Virus record (IMG/VR): IMGVR_UViG_3300045988_162372
Origin: a virus
Reading direction: 5' to 3' (one strand)
Length of the DNA stretch: 64,000 bases
Positions 9,566 to 19,406 of this stretch are shown here, piece by piece (position 1 is the first letter of the stretch; each line of letters begins with the position of its first letter). Position numbers and translations under genes: made by a program. The notes under the pieces are model-generated. The model saw nothing but the letters and a program-made list of their open reading frames with translations, did no database searches and was not told the origin of the DNA.

Positions 9566-9755
9566 CGAAGACTGTATTAAGGCTTTCAGAAAAGCAAACA
9601 GAGAAATTGAAATGGAAAGAAACGGCGGAAGATGGATTGCAATAGATAGACCACACCGTAACAAAAAGAAGTATTACAGAAAAGAAAAACATAAAAATAA
9701 TGGGGATTCTAAAAATCTCCATTATTTTGCGTTTGTGTATATTGTCAAAAAATAA
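9534..9755 (+). CDS. doubtful small basic ORF
   Basis: 73-aa K/R-rich ORF overlapping the Nudix 3' end. A terminator-like hairpin lies inside its 3' part. Confidence 0.25.
   Translation: MGKKKKKNLIDEDCIKAFRKANREIEMERNGGRWIAIDRPHRNKKKYYRKEKHKNNGDSKNLHYFAFVYIVKK
9700..9728 (+). terminator. possible terminator after the Nudix operon
   Basis: atggggat/atctccat forms an 8-bp stem (one G-U pair) with a 7-nt loop, followed by tatttt. Confidence 0.4.
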
Positions 9756-10437
9756 GTGCCTTTAATTTTTCAATGTCAGTAGAGATACGACCTCCTATAT
9801 CTTTTATATTCATTGTACTTTCTCTTGAAGTAAGCACAAGCATTGCATCAATTCTTCCGTTCTTTGTTAATGGTATCGCAAAAATAGAATTACTCCCGTT
9901 GTGTACTAATTTTTTACATAATCTTGCACCTACAGTTCCTTTATATTCTTTAATGTTTTCAATATAAAGATAACCATTTTTGTCCATTTCATTAAAAATG
10001 TCATAATATTCACTAGTTCTCTGTTTTTGATAATAATCCGAGATTGGCATGATTGAATCATTAGTAAAATCATATTGTTCATAAACTAAAGACATATATA
10101 AAAATGATACTTTGTTTATGTTCTCGGTTGAATTATGCATTTCCATTAAACATACCCTGTCTACACCATATCGCAGCCTGATATTTTCAAGTATAGGCGG
10201 AATCATCTGGTCTGCTAATAACCTTTTGTCTATAGAAGCAAAATGCTCTTGTCTGTCATTTTTTTGCAATGTCTCAATAACGTGTTCTAAATTAATAGGG
10301 TTAATTATTACAGAATATATTATTATAATTAGCAGTGTACAATATGTTGATACTGCAACCCCATTTCTTTTCACAGCACCAACGAACTTACTGAAAGCGG
10401 ATGCTATAGTTCCTAAAATTGTTTGTTTTTCATCCAT
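9745..10437 (-). CDS. N-terminally membrane-anchored hypothetical protein
   Basis: 230-aa ORF with a hydrophobic segment (VSTYCTLLIIIIYSVII) followed by a globular domain. It lies directly downstream of the tail fibre gene. Confidence 0.65.
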   Translation of the reverse strand: MDEKQTILGTIASAFSKFVGAVKRNGVAVSTYCTLLIIIIYSVIINPINLEHVIETLQKNDRQEHFASIDKRLLADQMIPPILENIRLRYGVDRVCLMEMHNSTENINKVSFLYMSLVYEQYDFTNDSIMPISDYYQKQRTSEYYDIFNEMDKNGYLYIENIKEYKGTVGARLCKKLVHNGSNSIFAIPLTKNGRIDAMLVLTSRESTMNIKDIGGRISTDIEKLKALIF

Positions 10438-10529
10438 TATTGTCTGTATTTGTTTATAATAAATAGTATATTGAAAAAATAAAACGGCAGATATTTTCTA
10501 CCGTTTTATCCATGTAAAGTATATCTATT

Positions 10530-13500
10530 TTACTCAAAAGTAATTGTTGGGAATTTATTTGCATCATAATTTATACAATAATCGCTTCCCTGTATAGCAT
10601 CTATACAAACAACAACTACTTGATTTTCATCTTTGCTACCACAAACTGACACTATATCCGAAGGTAATATCTTTTCACCATTATGGATTAAATTAATAAA
10701 GTTTACTTTAATCTTTTCTGGACTGAATAAGTTAGCTTCTTCAGCTTGGGCTTCACTTTCTGTATTAGTATAATCTTCACATATTAAGAAACCACTCCAT
10801 AAAGGATTGCTATCCCACTCATCAACTGTACAGTTAATAATATTGACAGTTACTCCACTTGCATTAGATTTATTACTTAATCTTAATGCGTTAGATATTC
10901 TTTCAAAGTAACAGTTATTCAAAGTAATAGTTGCATTATTTTGTGTTCCAAATATTAATATCGCATTATTTGAGAAGCTACCCTCAAATCTACAATTATC
11001 AAAGATTATATTTTTAGGCAACTTAGAATTATCAGATGATAAACCAATTTCAATACCATTATAAACATTACTTGAATTAAATGTCATATCTTTAAAGATT
11101 ATATTTTCAGTATCATTAATGTTTATTACAGAATTTGAAGTTGATTTAGGAAAGTCACCAGTTACTTGTAAATTATTTATATTAACATTTTCCGCTTTGA
11201 TTCGCATTCTTGCATTATTAGTTAATGTAGAATCATTTAAGATTACAGACTTTGCCGTAATAGATGGGCTATTCGTTATATTAGCATTACTTATTGAATA
11301 CGCTTTAGCTTCATCGTTTAATTCCTGAGAACCATCATAGGTTTCAACTACTTCTGAATTTGATTTTTCTAAATTATCTACTTTTGATTCTAATAATTCA
11401 ACTTTTGCAGACAAGATAGGAATGTTGGATTTTAAATCATTAACAGTTTGATACAAACTTTCGATTTGAGTGTTAATTTTACTTATGATAGCAAATTCTT
11501 CAACTTTAGCTGCTTGGAATACGCTATATACGCCATCAGTAATTTTAATTGATACAGTATACAAACCTGTTGGTTGCATCATATAGTTTTGTCCCACAAT
11601 ATACAGAACATATGCTGCTCCGTTCCAAGCTACTGATATTGGCATCCAATTTGACAGCAACTGATAACCCTTTCCTAAGCAATCATCAAGAATTTCGGCT
11701 GTAGGTAATGTATAACTACCACTTGAGGTTTCTAATTGCAATGCTGCCTTAATATCATCCTCAGAGCTTTCCTTAGTTAAAGCAAACAGTTTTCGTGTAT
11801 CTACTTTAACACCTTGGTAGTACATACCTTTCTTTTGAATTTTTCCATCCAAAACCTTACCTTGTTTAGCTGACAAAGGTAATGTAGCTTCGTCACTAGT
11901 CAAATTGTCAACAACCATCTCTTCGCTCATAACGCTATGTGTTACGCTATTCTTTGCGAGAGTTCCACTTGTATTTTGAATATTGATTTCATTCAAGGTA
12001 TAACCTGCGAGGCTATCAAGTACATAATAAACAGTAGTAATATTACCCAATATTCTAATGGAAACTGGCACAGTTCCATTATTAATATCGCCAATAACGC
12101 TTCTGTTTTCGCTTATAACCGCCCTCAAATTATCAATTCCACCAATAGCCGTTGAAATAGCTTCACTATCAGCATCACCCGCACTATTCAATGCATTCAA
12201 ATCGATTTCATAAGGAGCTTTGAATTGTTCCAAGTCAGCCTTAATTTCATCAATGTCAGCTTGTTCTGCTTTTGTTGCGATAGCAGCATCAACTTCATCT
12301 TTGGTTTGATACAATGAATCGTTTTCCAATTCACTTACCTTAGTAGGAACGGTAATCTCTTGAACATCGCTAAGCAATGCTAATTCAGCGTCATCATTAT
12401 AGGTAGGTCTTTCGTCCTTTCCATTCAGATTGATTGAAACTTGAGTAGAACCTAAATCAACCTTATCCCACTTAGATACCATTGCGATATTAACTGCGCT
12501 TCCGCTTGTTGTATTTCCAAGCAAAGTATCATGATTATTCAGCACAATAGCCTTACGGTTCGGATTTTCCTCAGTTGTAACATCAGTATAAGCTACCTTA
12601 TTAGCCAATTCAGTTTCAATTTCCGTATCCTTAGCAATTCTTGCTTGAGTTTCTGCTTCAATGTTTCCTTGCAATTCAGTATCTTTTGCTGAACGGGCTT
12701 CAATTTCAGCGTTCAAAGCTTCAGTGGTTGCCTTTTCTGCAATTTGGGTAGTAAGAGAAGCTACAATATCATCATTGTCTGACAATTTATTTGCAATTTC
12801 TTCCAACGTATCCAATGCTTCAGGTGCTGCACCAACTACCGCTTGGATTCTAGCATCAACTTCGCTTGAAGTTTGGTATTGAGCATCATTTTCCAATTCG
12901 CTAACTTTTGTAGGAATTTTGATAGCATCAATCTTCTCATTCAACGCATTAACCTGGAAGTCAACATCAGATTGATTAGCCTTCAACGCAACTTCATCCT
13001 TGGTTGCTAAATTAGAAATATCTTGATGTTCTTTCAAAAATCCTTGAGTATTTACCCATTCCTCAGTTGCATAACCGTCCAATGAAGGCATATCAGTAGC
13101 AAATGCCAAATCGCTACTTGTTACTTTGATGTTAGAATTACCTTCAGCAATCGTACCATCCAAGTTGATAATAATTTCATACTTGGTAGGCATGTCATTA
13201 GTTGTATCAAGACCAATAACAACCATCTTGATTTGGTTTGCAGATTCAAATGCAATATATTGAATCGGCATCTTATAGTAATAAGGATTTCCACTCAATT
13301 GAATACCGAATTTCAAGTAGAATTGACCTTCCCTTACAATAAGACCTTTTAATTCAGCAGCATCAGCAACGCTAAACCAACCAAAGATTTCTTTTTGAGT
13401 ATATACCTTATCTTGCAAAGTTCTAATCGGGAAATTAAATTCAATAGGAAGTTTAATTTCTTCGATATCCTTCATCAATGCGATTTCTTCATCATCATTG

Positions 13501-15170
13501 TATGTAGGTCTTTTTTCAGAACCATTTAAATTAATAGGAATAGATGCAGAACCGAAATCAGCCTTATTCCATTTAGAAATCATTGCCAAGTTGTATCCTA
13601 CACCGCTTGTATCAATACCGCTAATAGTATCATGATTATTCAATTGAATAGTCTTACGGTTCGGGTTTTCTTTTGTTGCAATATCAACAAGTCCAACCTT
13701 TTCTGCAAGTTTTTCATCAATATTAACAATTTTAAGTCCCTCCGCTGATACTTCTATGTATTGTTGTGTCGTTGCATCAATTTTAAGAGAAAACTCGTTA
13801 GAGGTCAAAGAAATACCATTTCCTGCGGTGTAAGTATCAACTAAGTTAGAAACATTCACAGTGACAGTTTGTTCACCATCAGTTGTTTCAAATACGAAGT
13901 CAATTGTCTTAGATTCTTCATTATATGAAACTGATTTTACAAATTGGTCTTTAGGAATGTCAATAGTTCCGACGATCGCATCACCTACTTTCAACGTATA
14001 TTGCAAATCGTTTGTTTTTTCCAATACGATAGTTGCTCCAAGACCTTGTACATCTTCAAGCAATGCAATTTCTTTCTCGTCATTGTATGTAGGTCTTTCA
14101 TCCTTACCGTTCAAATTAATAGAAACCTGTGCAGAACCAAGGTCTACTTTGTCCCATTTAGAAACCATTGCAATGTTCACAGAAGTTCCGTTCTTTGTAT
14201 TACCAAGGATTGTATCATGGTTTTTTAATATGATAGCCTTACGTCCAGGATTCTCAGAAGTCGCAACATCAGTATATTCAACTTTGGTAGGCAATACCTC
14301 ATTGATAGCAGAGATTGCATCAGCATTTGCTTTTTCGGCTGTTCTCGCTGTCTCTGCTTCTAATTGTAAATCATTTTGTAATTGTGTATCTTTAACAGTT
14401 CTTGCATTAGTTTCTTCTGTTAATTCATCTTTTGTAGCAAATTTGTCTTCGGCTTCTTGTATGTGAGCAGATATTTTAGCGTCAACCTCATCAGCATTTT
14501 GATATTGTGCGTCATTTTCAAGTTCTGAAACTTTGGTAGGAACAACAATACCATCTACTTTTTCTTGCAAGGCAGTAATGGATTCCTCATTCTTTGTAAT
14601 TGCAGGGCGAATTTCGTTATCAATACCACCATTAATCGTATTGATACTGGTTTCTAACACATTATTAATCTGGTCAAATGCTTTTGCAGTTTCTTGACCA
14701 AAATTAGCTAATGTTTCATTCAGATTTTTAAGGAGAGTATCTAATCCACTAATTTTAATACCATTTTCAGATACAGACAGATATTTTTCAGAAGAAGGAT
14801 CAATTTTTATGAAAAATTGGTTTTTATCAACTCCTAAACCTTGTCCTGCTGTATAAACATCTACCAATTCATGTACGTCGACAGATACTTTCTTTTCTCC
14901 CTCATCAGATTCGAATGTAAATTCAATAGATTGTGTGTCAGGGTTGTAAACAACATTTTTTAATTTTAACTGTGATGTGATTGAGATCACGCCAGCTTCT
15001 CTGCCATTAACCATCAACACATAATTGTCATCATTTGGAACAATGTTAATTGTACCTAATATACTATTTAATTCGTCTATACTTACATTTGAGGAAGCTA
15101 TTGTTATGAGAGTTCCACTGTCATCAACGAACCCCCATCTATTCAAATTATAATCTCTTATGTCAGGCAT
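10530..15170 (-). CDS. tail fibre / tailspike with internal repeat modules and a C-terminal right-handed beta-helix (depolymerase-like) domain
   Basis: 1546 aa. PTKVSELEND(A/S)xYQ occurs 3 times, and a ~67-aa module (ENPxRKxIxLxNHDT...INLNGxxxRPTYND) occurs 3 times. The C-terminus has repetitive N-rich rungs (NIIFDNCRFEG, LNNCYFE, INCTVDEW). Confidence 0.9.
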   Translation of the reverse strand: MPDIRDYNLNRWGFVDDSGTLITIASSNVSIDELNSILGTINIVPNDDNYVLMVNGREAGVISITSQLKLKNVVYNPDTQSIEFTFESDEGEKKVSVDVHELVDVYTAGQGLGVDKNQFFIKIDPSSEKYLSVSENGIKISGLDTLLKNLNETLANFGQETAKAFDQINNVLETSINTINGGIDNEIRPAITKNEESITALQEKVDGIVVPTKVSELENDAQYQNADEVDAKISAHIQEAEDKFATKDELTEETNARTVKDTQLQNDLQLEAETARTAEKANADAISAINEVLPTKVEYTDVATSENPGRKAIILKNHDTILGNTKNGTSVNIAMVSKWDKVDLGSAQVSINLNGKDERPTYNDEKEIALLEDVQGLGATIVLEKTNDLQYTLKVGDAIVGTIDIPKDQFVKSVSYNEESKTIDFVFETTDGEQTVTVNVSNLVDTYTAGNGISLTSNEFSLKIDATTQQYIEVSAEGLKIVNIDEKLAEKVGLVDIATKENPNRKTIQLNNHDTISGIDTSGVGYNLAMISKWNKADFGSASIPINLNGSEKRPTYNDDEEIALMKDIEEIKLPIEFNFPIRTLQDKVYTQKEIFGWFSVADAAELKGLIVREGQFYLKFGIQLSGNPYYYKMPIQYIAFESANQIKMVVIGLDTTNDMPTKYEIIINLDGTIAEGNSNIKVTSSDLAFATDMPSLDGYATEEWVNTQGFLKEHQDISNLATKDEVALKANQSDVDFQVNALNEKIDAIKIPTKVSELENDAQYQTSSEVDARIQAVVGAAPEALDTLEEIANKLSDNDDIVASLTTQIAEKATTEALNAEIEARSAKDTELQGNIEAETQARIAKDTEIETELANKVAYTDVTTEENPNRKAIVLNNHDTLLGNTTSGSAVNIAMVSKWDKVDLGSTQVSINLNGKDERPTYNDDAELALLSDVQEITVPTKVSELENDSLYQTKDEVDAAIATKAEQADIDEIKADLEQFKAPYEIDLNALNSAGDADSEAISTAIGGIDNLRAVISENRSVIGDINNGTVPVSIRILGNITTVYYVLDSLAGYTLNEINIQNTSGTLAKNSVTHSVMSEEMVVDNLTSDEATLPLSAKQGKVLDGKIQKKGMYYQGVKVDTRKLFALTKESSEDDIKAALQLETSSGSYTLPTAEILDDCLGKGYQLLSNWMPISVAWNGAAYVLYIVGQNYMMQPTGLYTVSIKITDGVYSVFQAAKVEEFAIISKINTQIESLYQTVNDLKSNIPILSAKVELLESKVDNLEKSNSEVVETYDGSQELNDEAKAYSISNANITNSPSITAKSVILNDSTLTNNARMRIKAENVNINNLQVTGDFPKSTSNSVININDTENIIFKDMTFNSSNVYNGIEIGLSSDNSKLPKNIIFDNCRFEGSFSNNAILIFGTQNNATITLNNCYFERISNALRLSNKSNASGVTVNIINCTVDEWDSNPLWSGFLICEDYTNTESEAQAEEANLFSPEKIKVNFINLIHNGEKILPSDIVSVCGSKDENQVVVVCIDAIQGSDYCINYDANKFPTITFE
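12368..12569 (-). repeat. tail-fibre intragenic repeat, copy 3 (~200 bp)
   Basis: Aligns by eye with 13469-13670 and 14053-14255. Example shared string: ...gtaggtctttc.tcctt.cc.ttca.att.at.gaaac.... Confidence 0.75.
13469..13670 (-). repeat. tail-fibre intragenic repeat, copy 2 (most diverged)
   Basis: Encodes ENPNRKTIQLNNHDTISG...INLNGSEKRPTYNDDEEIALMKD. Confidence 0.7.
14053..14255 (-). repeat. tail-fibre intragenic repeat, copy 1
   Basis: Encodes ENPGRKAIILKNHDTILG...INLNGKDERPTYNDEKEIALLED. Confidence 0.75.
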
Positions 15171-15233
15171 TTTAAATATTTATAGATAAGAAATAATTAT
15201 TATTACCTATAAATATTAAGAAACATTTAATAC

Positions 15234-15265
15234 AAATAAAAAAAAGAGACTGATTTAAGTCTCTT
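15234..15265 (-). terminator. intrinsic terminator between the endolysin and tail fibre genes
   Basis: aagagact/agtctctt forms an 8-bp stem with a 6-nt loop. The A-rich run on the + strand (ataaaaaaaa, ending in eight consecutive A) gives a long U-run on the minus-strand RNA. The stem overlaps the stop codon. Confidence 0.65.
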
Positions 15266-15692
15266 ACGAAGCCGCAATAACATGATAAACCTTTATTACT
15301 TCATGGTAATACCGTTCAGTTTTTCTTTTTGAAAAATTAGGCCCTCCGTTCCATATTCTAATAGCTTTTTCAATATTGTTTTCAGGATTATAATACCTCT
15401 GTATTATGTAAAACATTTCAACTGAACTTTCTTTATTGTAGCGATGTTTATAAGTATATTTTCTTTTTCCAATTATTCGATTACATTCATCAACTACTGG
15501 TTTTGAAATCTGTAGAAATCCTACATAAGTTCCACAACTAGATACTGCCTTTGTGTTATGTCTGCTTTCTACATGCGCTATTGCATTTACTAAATCATCC
15601 CATACATCATTTTCATTCGCTGCGTTCCCTGTACAAATATTGCACATAAAGAACAAAAATACTAAAATTACGTTTAAAACTCTTTTTCTCAT
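15264..15692 (-). CDS. secreted lytic transglycosylase (endolysin candidate)
   Basis: N-terminal signal/anchor MRKRVLNVILVFLFFMCNICTG, then the SLT-type motif HVESRHNTKAVSSCGTYVGFLQIS. Confidence 0.75.
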   Translation of the reverse strand: MRKRVLNVILVFLFFMCNICTGNAANENDVWDDLVNAIAHVESRHNTKAVSSCGTYVGFLQISKPVVDECNRIIGKRKYTYKHRYNKESSVEMFYIIQRYYNPENNIEKAIRIWNGGPNFSKRKTERYYHEVIKVYHVIAAS

Positions 15693-15708
15693 CTTGTCAA
15701 TTTAGTCA

Positions 15709-16083
15709 TTATTTTAACAGATTGACAGATAAAATTCCTTCTTTTGATATTTTATTATTAAACCAGTCTCTTATAATTTGTTTAAAGAATTTTTTTCTGT
15801 CATCCTCTTTTGTAATCATTTTTTGAAATTTATCATCCAGCATCATTAAAAGTTCTCTTGCTTGGAATGTTTTTAACGGTTGTCCATTATTGCTCAACAA
15901 GACCGCCGTTTTGATTTTTACAGGATATCCATCCTTACCAATATCATCACTTTCAGTCTTCGCAAAGTTCTTATCTAAATAATCTTTAACTAAAAGAACT
16001 TTCTCTGTAGTTGGATAAAAAGATTCCGTGAGTATATTCTTGATCACATAATCTTCAGTATTTTCATCAATGACTACTTTCAT
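15709..16083 (-). CDS. hypothetical protein
   Basis: The track ORF runs to 16161, which lies across a -7 box at 16136-16143. The first ATG downstream of that box is 16083 (MKVVIDENTEDY). Confidence 0.6.
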   Translation of the reverse strand: MKVVIDENTEDYVIKNILTESFYPTTEKVLLVKDYLDKNFAKTESDDIGKDGYPVKIKTAVLLSNNGQPLKTFQARELLMMLDDKFQKMITKEDDRKKFFKQIIRDWFNNKISKEGILSVNLLK

Positions 16084-16135
16084 TATTTCCAAATTATACC
16101 AATTATTATATAAATAGTAGAACGGAAATTTTCTG

Positions 16136-16143
16136 CAAAGATA
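16136..16143 (-). promoter_or_regulatory. -7 box TATCTTTG (minus strand); no canonical -33
   Basis: The + strand shows caaagata inside ttctgcaaagatacag. It sits in the loop of an imperfect hairpin (gaacgga...tccgttc) just downstream of the clpC-like stop. Confidence 0.45.
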
Positions 16144-16186
16144 CAGAAAAATCCGTTCCAAAACAAGTACAGACTGTTAAAAAATA

Positions 16187-18727
16187 TTAATTATATAATT
16201 CTTTCTTTGTAAATATATGGTTTTTAGAAACATTATTATTCAAAATATATTCGGTAACAATATCTTCGACATCTGTCTCAATTTGTCTAATAATTGTTCT
16301 CGCACCGTATTTATTTCCTTCTATTTTGTTATATATTTTATCAATCATATCATTATCAATAAAATTATCTTCCAAATAATAATCAGCGTTATTCAGCCTC
16401 TTTTCAAAATTTTTCAGTTCTAATCTTACAATATCCTTAAGGTTGTCATCGGATAATTTATTAAAATAAACAATCTTGTTTATACGGTTAATAAATTCGG
16501 GCTTAAATTTTCTCTTTATCGCTTTTTTGATTATGTTTTCATTGTTATCTACTGTATTCTTATTAAAACCAATGCCATCTCCTTTCTCATCAATTTCTTT
16601 CGCCCCCACATTCGATGTCATTATAATGATAACATTTTTGAAATCAACCGCATAACCAGTATTATCGGTCAATCTTCCGTCGTCGAATAATTGTAAGAAC
16701 ACATTATGTACTTCTTCATTAGCTTTTTCGATTTCATCAAGCAATAAAACGCAGTGTTTTTTCTTTTTAATTGCTTCAGTCAAAATACCTCCATTATCAT
16801 AGCCGACATAACCACTGGCTGCACCGTATAATTTGTTTACACTCATCTTATCCGCATATTCACTCATGTCCAATCGAACTAGATAATTCTCATCCCCAAA
16901 TACTTCTTTTGCAATTTTCTTAGCAAGAAGTGTTTTACCAGTACCTGTACTTCCAGTAAATAAAAATACGGCAGGTTTATTTGGATTTGAAATGCCTAAT
17001 TTCTGTTTCTTTATAGCATTACATACAACATCTACAGCTTCGTCTTGACCAATGACGCTTTCTTTAATATGCTCGTTAATACTTTTCAATTTATCCAAAT
17101 CATTGATGGAAAGATTTTGTATTGACACTCCTGACATTTCAGAAACAGTTCCTCTTAAATCATTGTCAGTTACATTATACGGCACTTTGTTTAAGTTTTG
17201 TTCTTTTTCCAAAATGGATAATTGTGTCTTAAGCTGTATCTCTTTTCTTATAAGCTCATCATATCTATCATAATCCTTATAAGTTAGATTGTCAACCTTT
17301 TGTTTTTCAATTTCATTTAATTTCAATTTGTTTTTTAATTCACTGACTTTTGCACTATCCTTTTGATTTAACGAAATTTTAGCTCCAACTTTATCAAGAA
17401 CATTAATTGCTGAATCTGGCAACACATTATCAGTTATATAACGTTTGCATAATTTCACACAATCTTCAACAATTTTATCATCATATTTTACATTATGGAA
17501 GTTTTCCATTTTGTATTTAATATTATTAACTATCTTGACAGATCTCTCCAAAGACGGAACTTCCATCGTTATTTTTTGAAATCTTCTTTTAAACGATTGA
17601 TTATTTTCAATACAATTCTTATAGCCTTTATTGCTTGCTGTACAAATAAATTGGATATTTTTCTCCATCAAAATTGTATCCAACATAGTTTCAATGTCAA
17701 CCTCACCAAATTTTGACTTATCATTCAATATTGATTGTATATCATCAATGAAAAAAATATAATTCCCATCTTTTTTTGCGTCACTGACAATACTATTGAA
17801 TTTACTTTCAAATGAGCCTCTAAAACCAGTTCCTGATAACAAAGATGAGAAATCCAATTGCATAAGTTTTTTCTTCAAGAAAGGCTTAGGAACATTCTCA
17901 TTGACAATCATATTAGCTATATGACGAATGGTGGAAGTTTTGCCGCATCCGCTTTCGCCAATCACGACAACATTATTTTTATATCTTTTTTGAAGATTTG
18001 TAAATATATCAAAAATTACATCATCATTTTCAAACACCTCATCAATTTTTCCCTCTAACGCCAACGTATTCAAGTTAATCAAGTTTTTATCAACCTCATT
18101 AGTAGAAGGTTTGGATTTTGGCTTTTGCATAACAAGTGTCTTTATTTTAGATGAAGAACTGCTATTTTCATTTTTTTCTCTTTGTTTAGTATGTTTATAT
18201 TCCTCTAACATTTCATTTGTAGCCTTTATAATAGCAAGTTCTTTTTGTTTTTTATCCCGTTTTTGGTCTTTTGTAAAAGGTTCGTTTTTATATGATACTA
18301 TATTTTCCTTAACTTGTTCCTCAGTTACGCCTAACAATCTAAACGATTTTTTAACAGTTTCGTCTGTTTCTAAAAGACTATATAATATATTTGCCGAATT
18401 AATAACATCATCATCTACCTGCGCTTCTGCCGTTTTAAATGCGTTTTGAAGAAGATTGTCTATTATAGGTTGTTCTGTTGAAACCAATTGTGAAGAATTA
18501 TCAGAAAGGTATTGATAATACCATGTTTTCAACATTTCAATGGTTTCGTTAAACATTATCTTGTTAATTGTCTTATATGCAATACAATCTTCATTACTCA
18601 GGATTGATAATAAAAAGTATTCGGGTGTTACCTTATTGGAAGGATATTCTTTAAGTAAGCTTTCTGTAATGTAATCCATCACCAAATGAAGCTCATCTGT
18701 AATTTTCTTGTTTCCTAATTTGTCCAT
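16187..18727 (-). CDS. clpC: ClpC/ClpA-class double-ring AAA+ unfoldase
   Basis: Clp N-domain repeats. D1 has Walker A GESGCGKTS and Walker B IFFIDDIQ. D2 has GSTGTGKT, LLLDEIEKA and TSNVGA followed by GDGIGFNKN, an IGF-type ClpP-docking loop as in ClpC and ClpA. Confidence 0.9.
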   Translation of the reverse strand: MDKLGNKKITDELHLVMDYITESLLKEYPSNKVTPEYFLLSILSNEDCIAYKTINKIMFNETIEMLKTWYYQYLSDNSSQLVSTEQPIIDNLLQNAFKTAEAQVDDDVINSANILYSLLETDETVKKSFRLLGVTEEQVKENIVSYKNEPFTKDQKRDKKQKELAIIKATNEMLEEYKHTKQREKNENSSSSSKIKTLVMQKPKSKPSTNEVDKNLINLNTLALEGKIDEVFENDDVIFDIFTNLQKRYKNNVVVIGESGCGKTSTIRHIANMIVNENVPKPFLKKKLMQLDFSSLLSGTGFRGSFESKFNSIVSDAKKDGNYIFFIDDIQSILNDKSKFGEVDIETMLDTILMEKNIQFICTASNKGYKNCIENNQSFKRRFQKITMEVPSLERSVKIVNNIKYKMENFHNVKYDDKIVEDCVKLCKRYITDNVLPDSAINVLDKVGAKISLNQKDSAKVSELKNKLKLNEIEKQKVDNLTYKDYDRYDELIRKEIQLKTQLSILEKEQNLNKVPYNVTDNDLRGTVSEMSGVSIQNLSINDLDKLKSINEHIKESVIGQDEAVDVVCNAIKKQKLGISNPNKPAVFLFTGSTGTGKTLLAKKIAKEVFGDENYLVRLDMSEYADKMSVNKLYGAASGYVGYDNGGILTEAIKKKKHCVLLLDEIEKANEEVHNVFLQLFDDGRLTDNTGYAVDFKNVIIIMTSNVGAKEIDEKGDGIGFNKNTVDNNENIIKKAIKRKFKPEFINRINKIVYFNKLSDDNLKDIVRLELKNFEKRLNNADYYLEDNFIDNDMIDKIYNKIEGNKYGARTIIRQIETDVEDIVTEYILNNNVSKNHIFTKKELYN

Positions 18728-18803
18728 ACTTTATTTTCTTTAACAGTCTAATCTTAAAGATATATAAAAACTATGCTGATTTCAACATTAATAGTGGTAT
18801 TCA

Positions 18804-18835
18804 TTTGGAAATTTCAAAAATAAATAGTATCTTTG
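18804..18835 (+). promoter_or_regulatory. Bacteroides-type promoter
   Basis: TTTG at 18804-18807, a 20-nt spacer, then TATCTTTG at 18828-18835, upstream of the KTSC/thyA block. Confidence 0.7.
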
Positions 18836-18860
18836 CATTGTTAAAAACTTATATAGAAAT

Positions 18861-19406
18861 ATGGTAGTATATAATAGGTATGTGAATAACAAAGACCACA
18901 CATGGTATGACAGTAGCAATGTGGTATATAGCCTATGTTATGACAACAATGAGGCTACAAAGAATCTAAAGATAGTATTCAAGAACGGAAGGACTTATCT
19001 TTATAAAAATGTAGATGTAAATGATTATATTGGTTTTAGAAGCGGAGAAAGCACAGGAAAAACAGTTAATCAATACATCGTTAAGAAATATCAAGGCGTA
19101 AGGCTTCCTGATACTGATATGGAAAAACTTGATGAACTAAAAGAAGAGTTTATCAACGACAATAAAATTACAGAAGAAGCATTTACTAATCTTGCCTATC
19201 ATTTGTCAGTTAATGATATTACTGGTGATTTCGCTTTGAAACTGAATGGTAAGACAATATACAGAGGCGTTGAAGGACAAGTTTCTATTCTTAATCTTCT
19301 TAAATGTATGAATATAAATTTCTCGATGAGTGAAGATTACGAACCAGAAGACGATAATATCGAAGATAACGAATTAAAGAAAGAAGAGGAAAAAAACAAT
19401 GAATAA
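18861..19406 (+). CDS. KTSC-domain protein
   Basis: YDSSNVVYSLCYDNNEATKNLKIVFKNGRTYLYKNVDVNDYIGF fits the KTSC pattern (S..i..i.Yd...L.V.F..G..Y.Y..V). Confidence 0.65.
   Translation: MVVYNRYVNNKDHTWYDSSNVVYSLCYDNNEATKNLKIVFKNGRTYLYKNVDVNDYIGFRSGESTGKTVNQYIVKKYQGVRLPDTDMEKLDELKEEFINDNKITEEAFTNLAYHLSVNDITGDFALKLNGKTIYRGVEGQVSILNLLKCMNINFSMSEDYEPEDDNIEDNELKKEEEKNNE

Noticed and set aside
11119-14466. The + strand ORFs inside the tail fibre gene (e.g. 13861..14466 at 201 aa, 13944..14228, 12661..12882).
   Set aside because: They are antisense to a 1546-aa ORF with clear repeat and domain structure. Their translations are S/A/V-rich mirror artefacts.
10530-15170. The tail-fibre repeats as template/variable repeats of a diversity-generating retroelement.
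   Set aside because: Differences between the ~200-bp copies involve all base types, not only adenines. No reverse transcriptase gene is present in the window.
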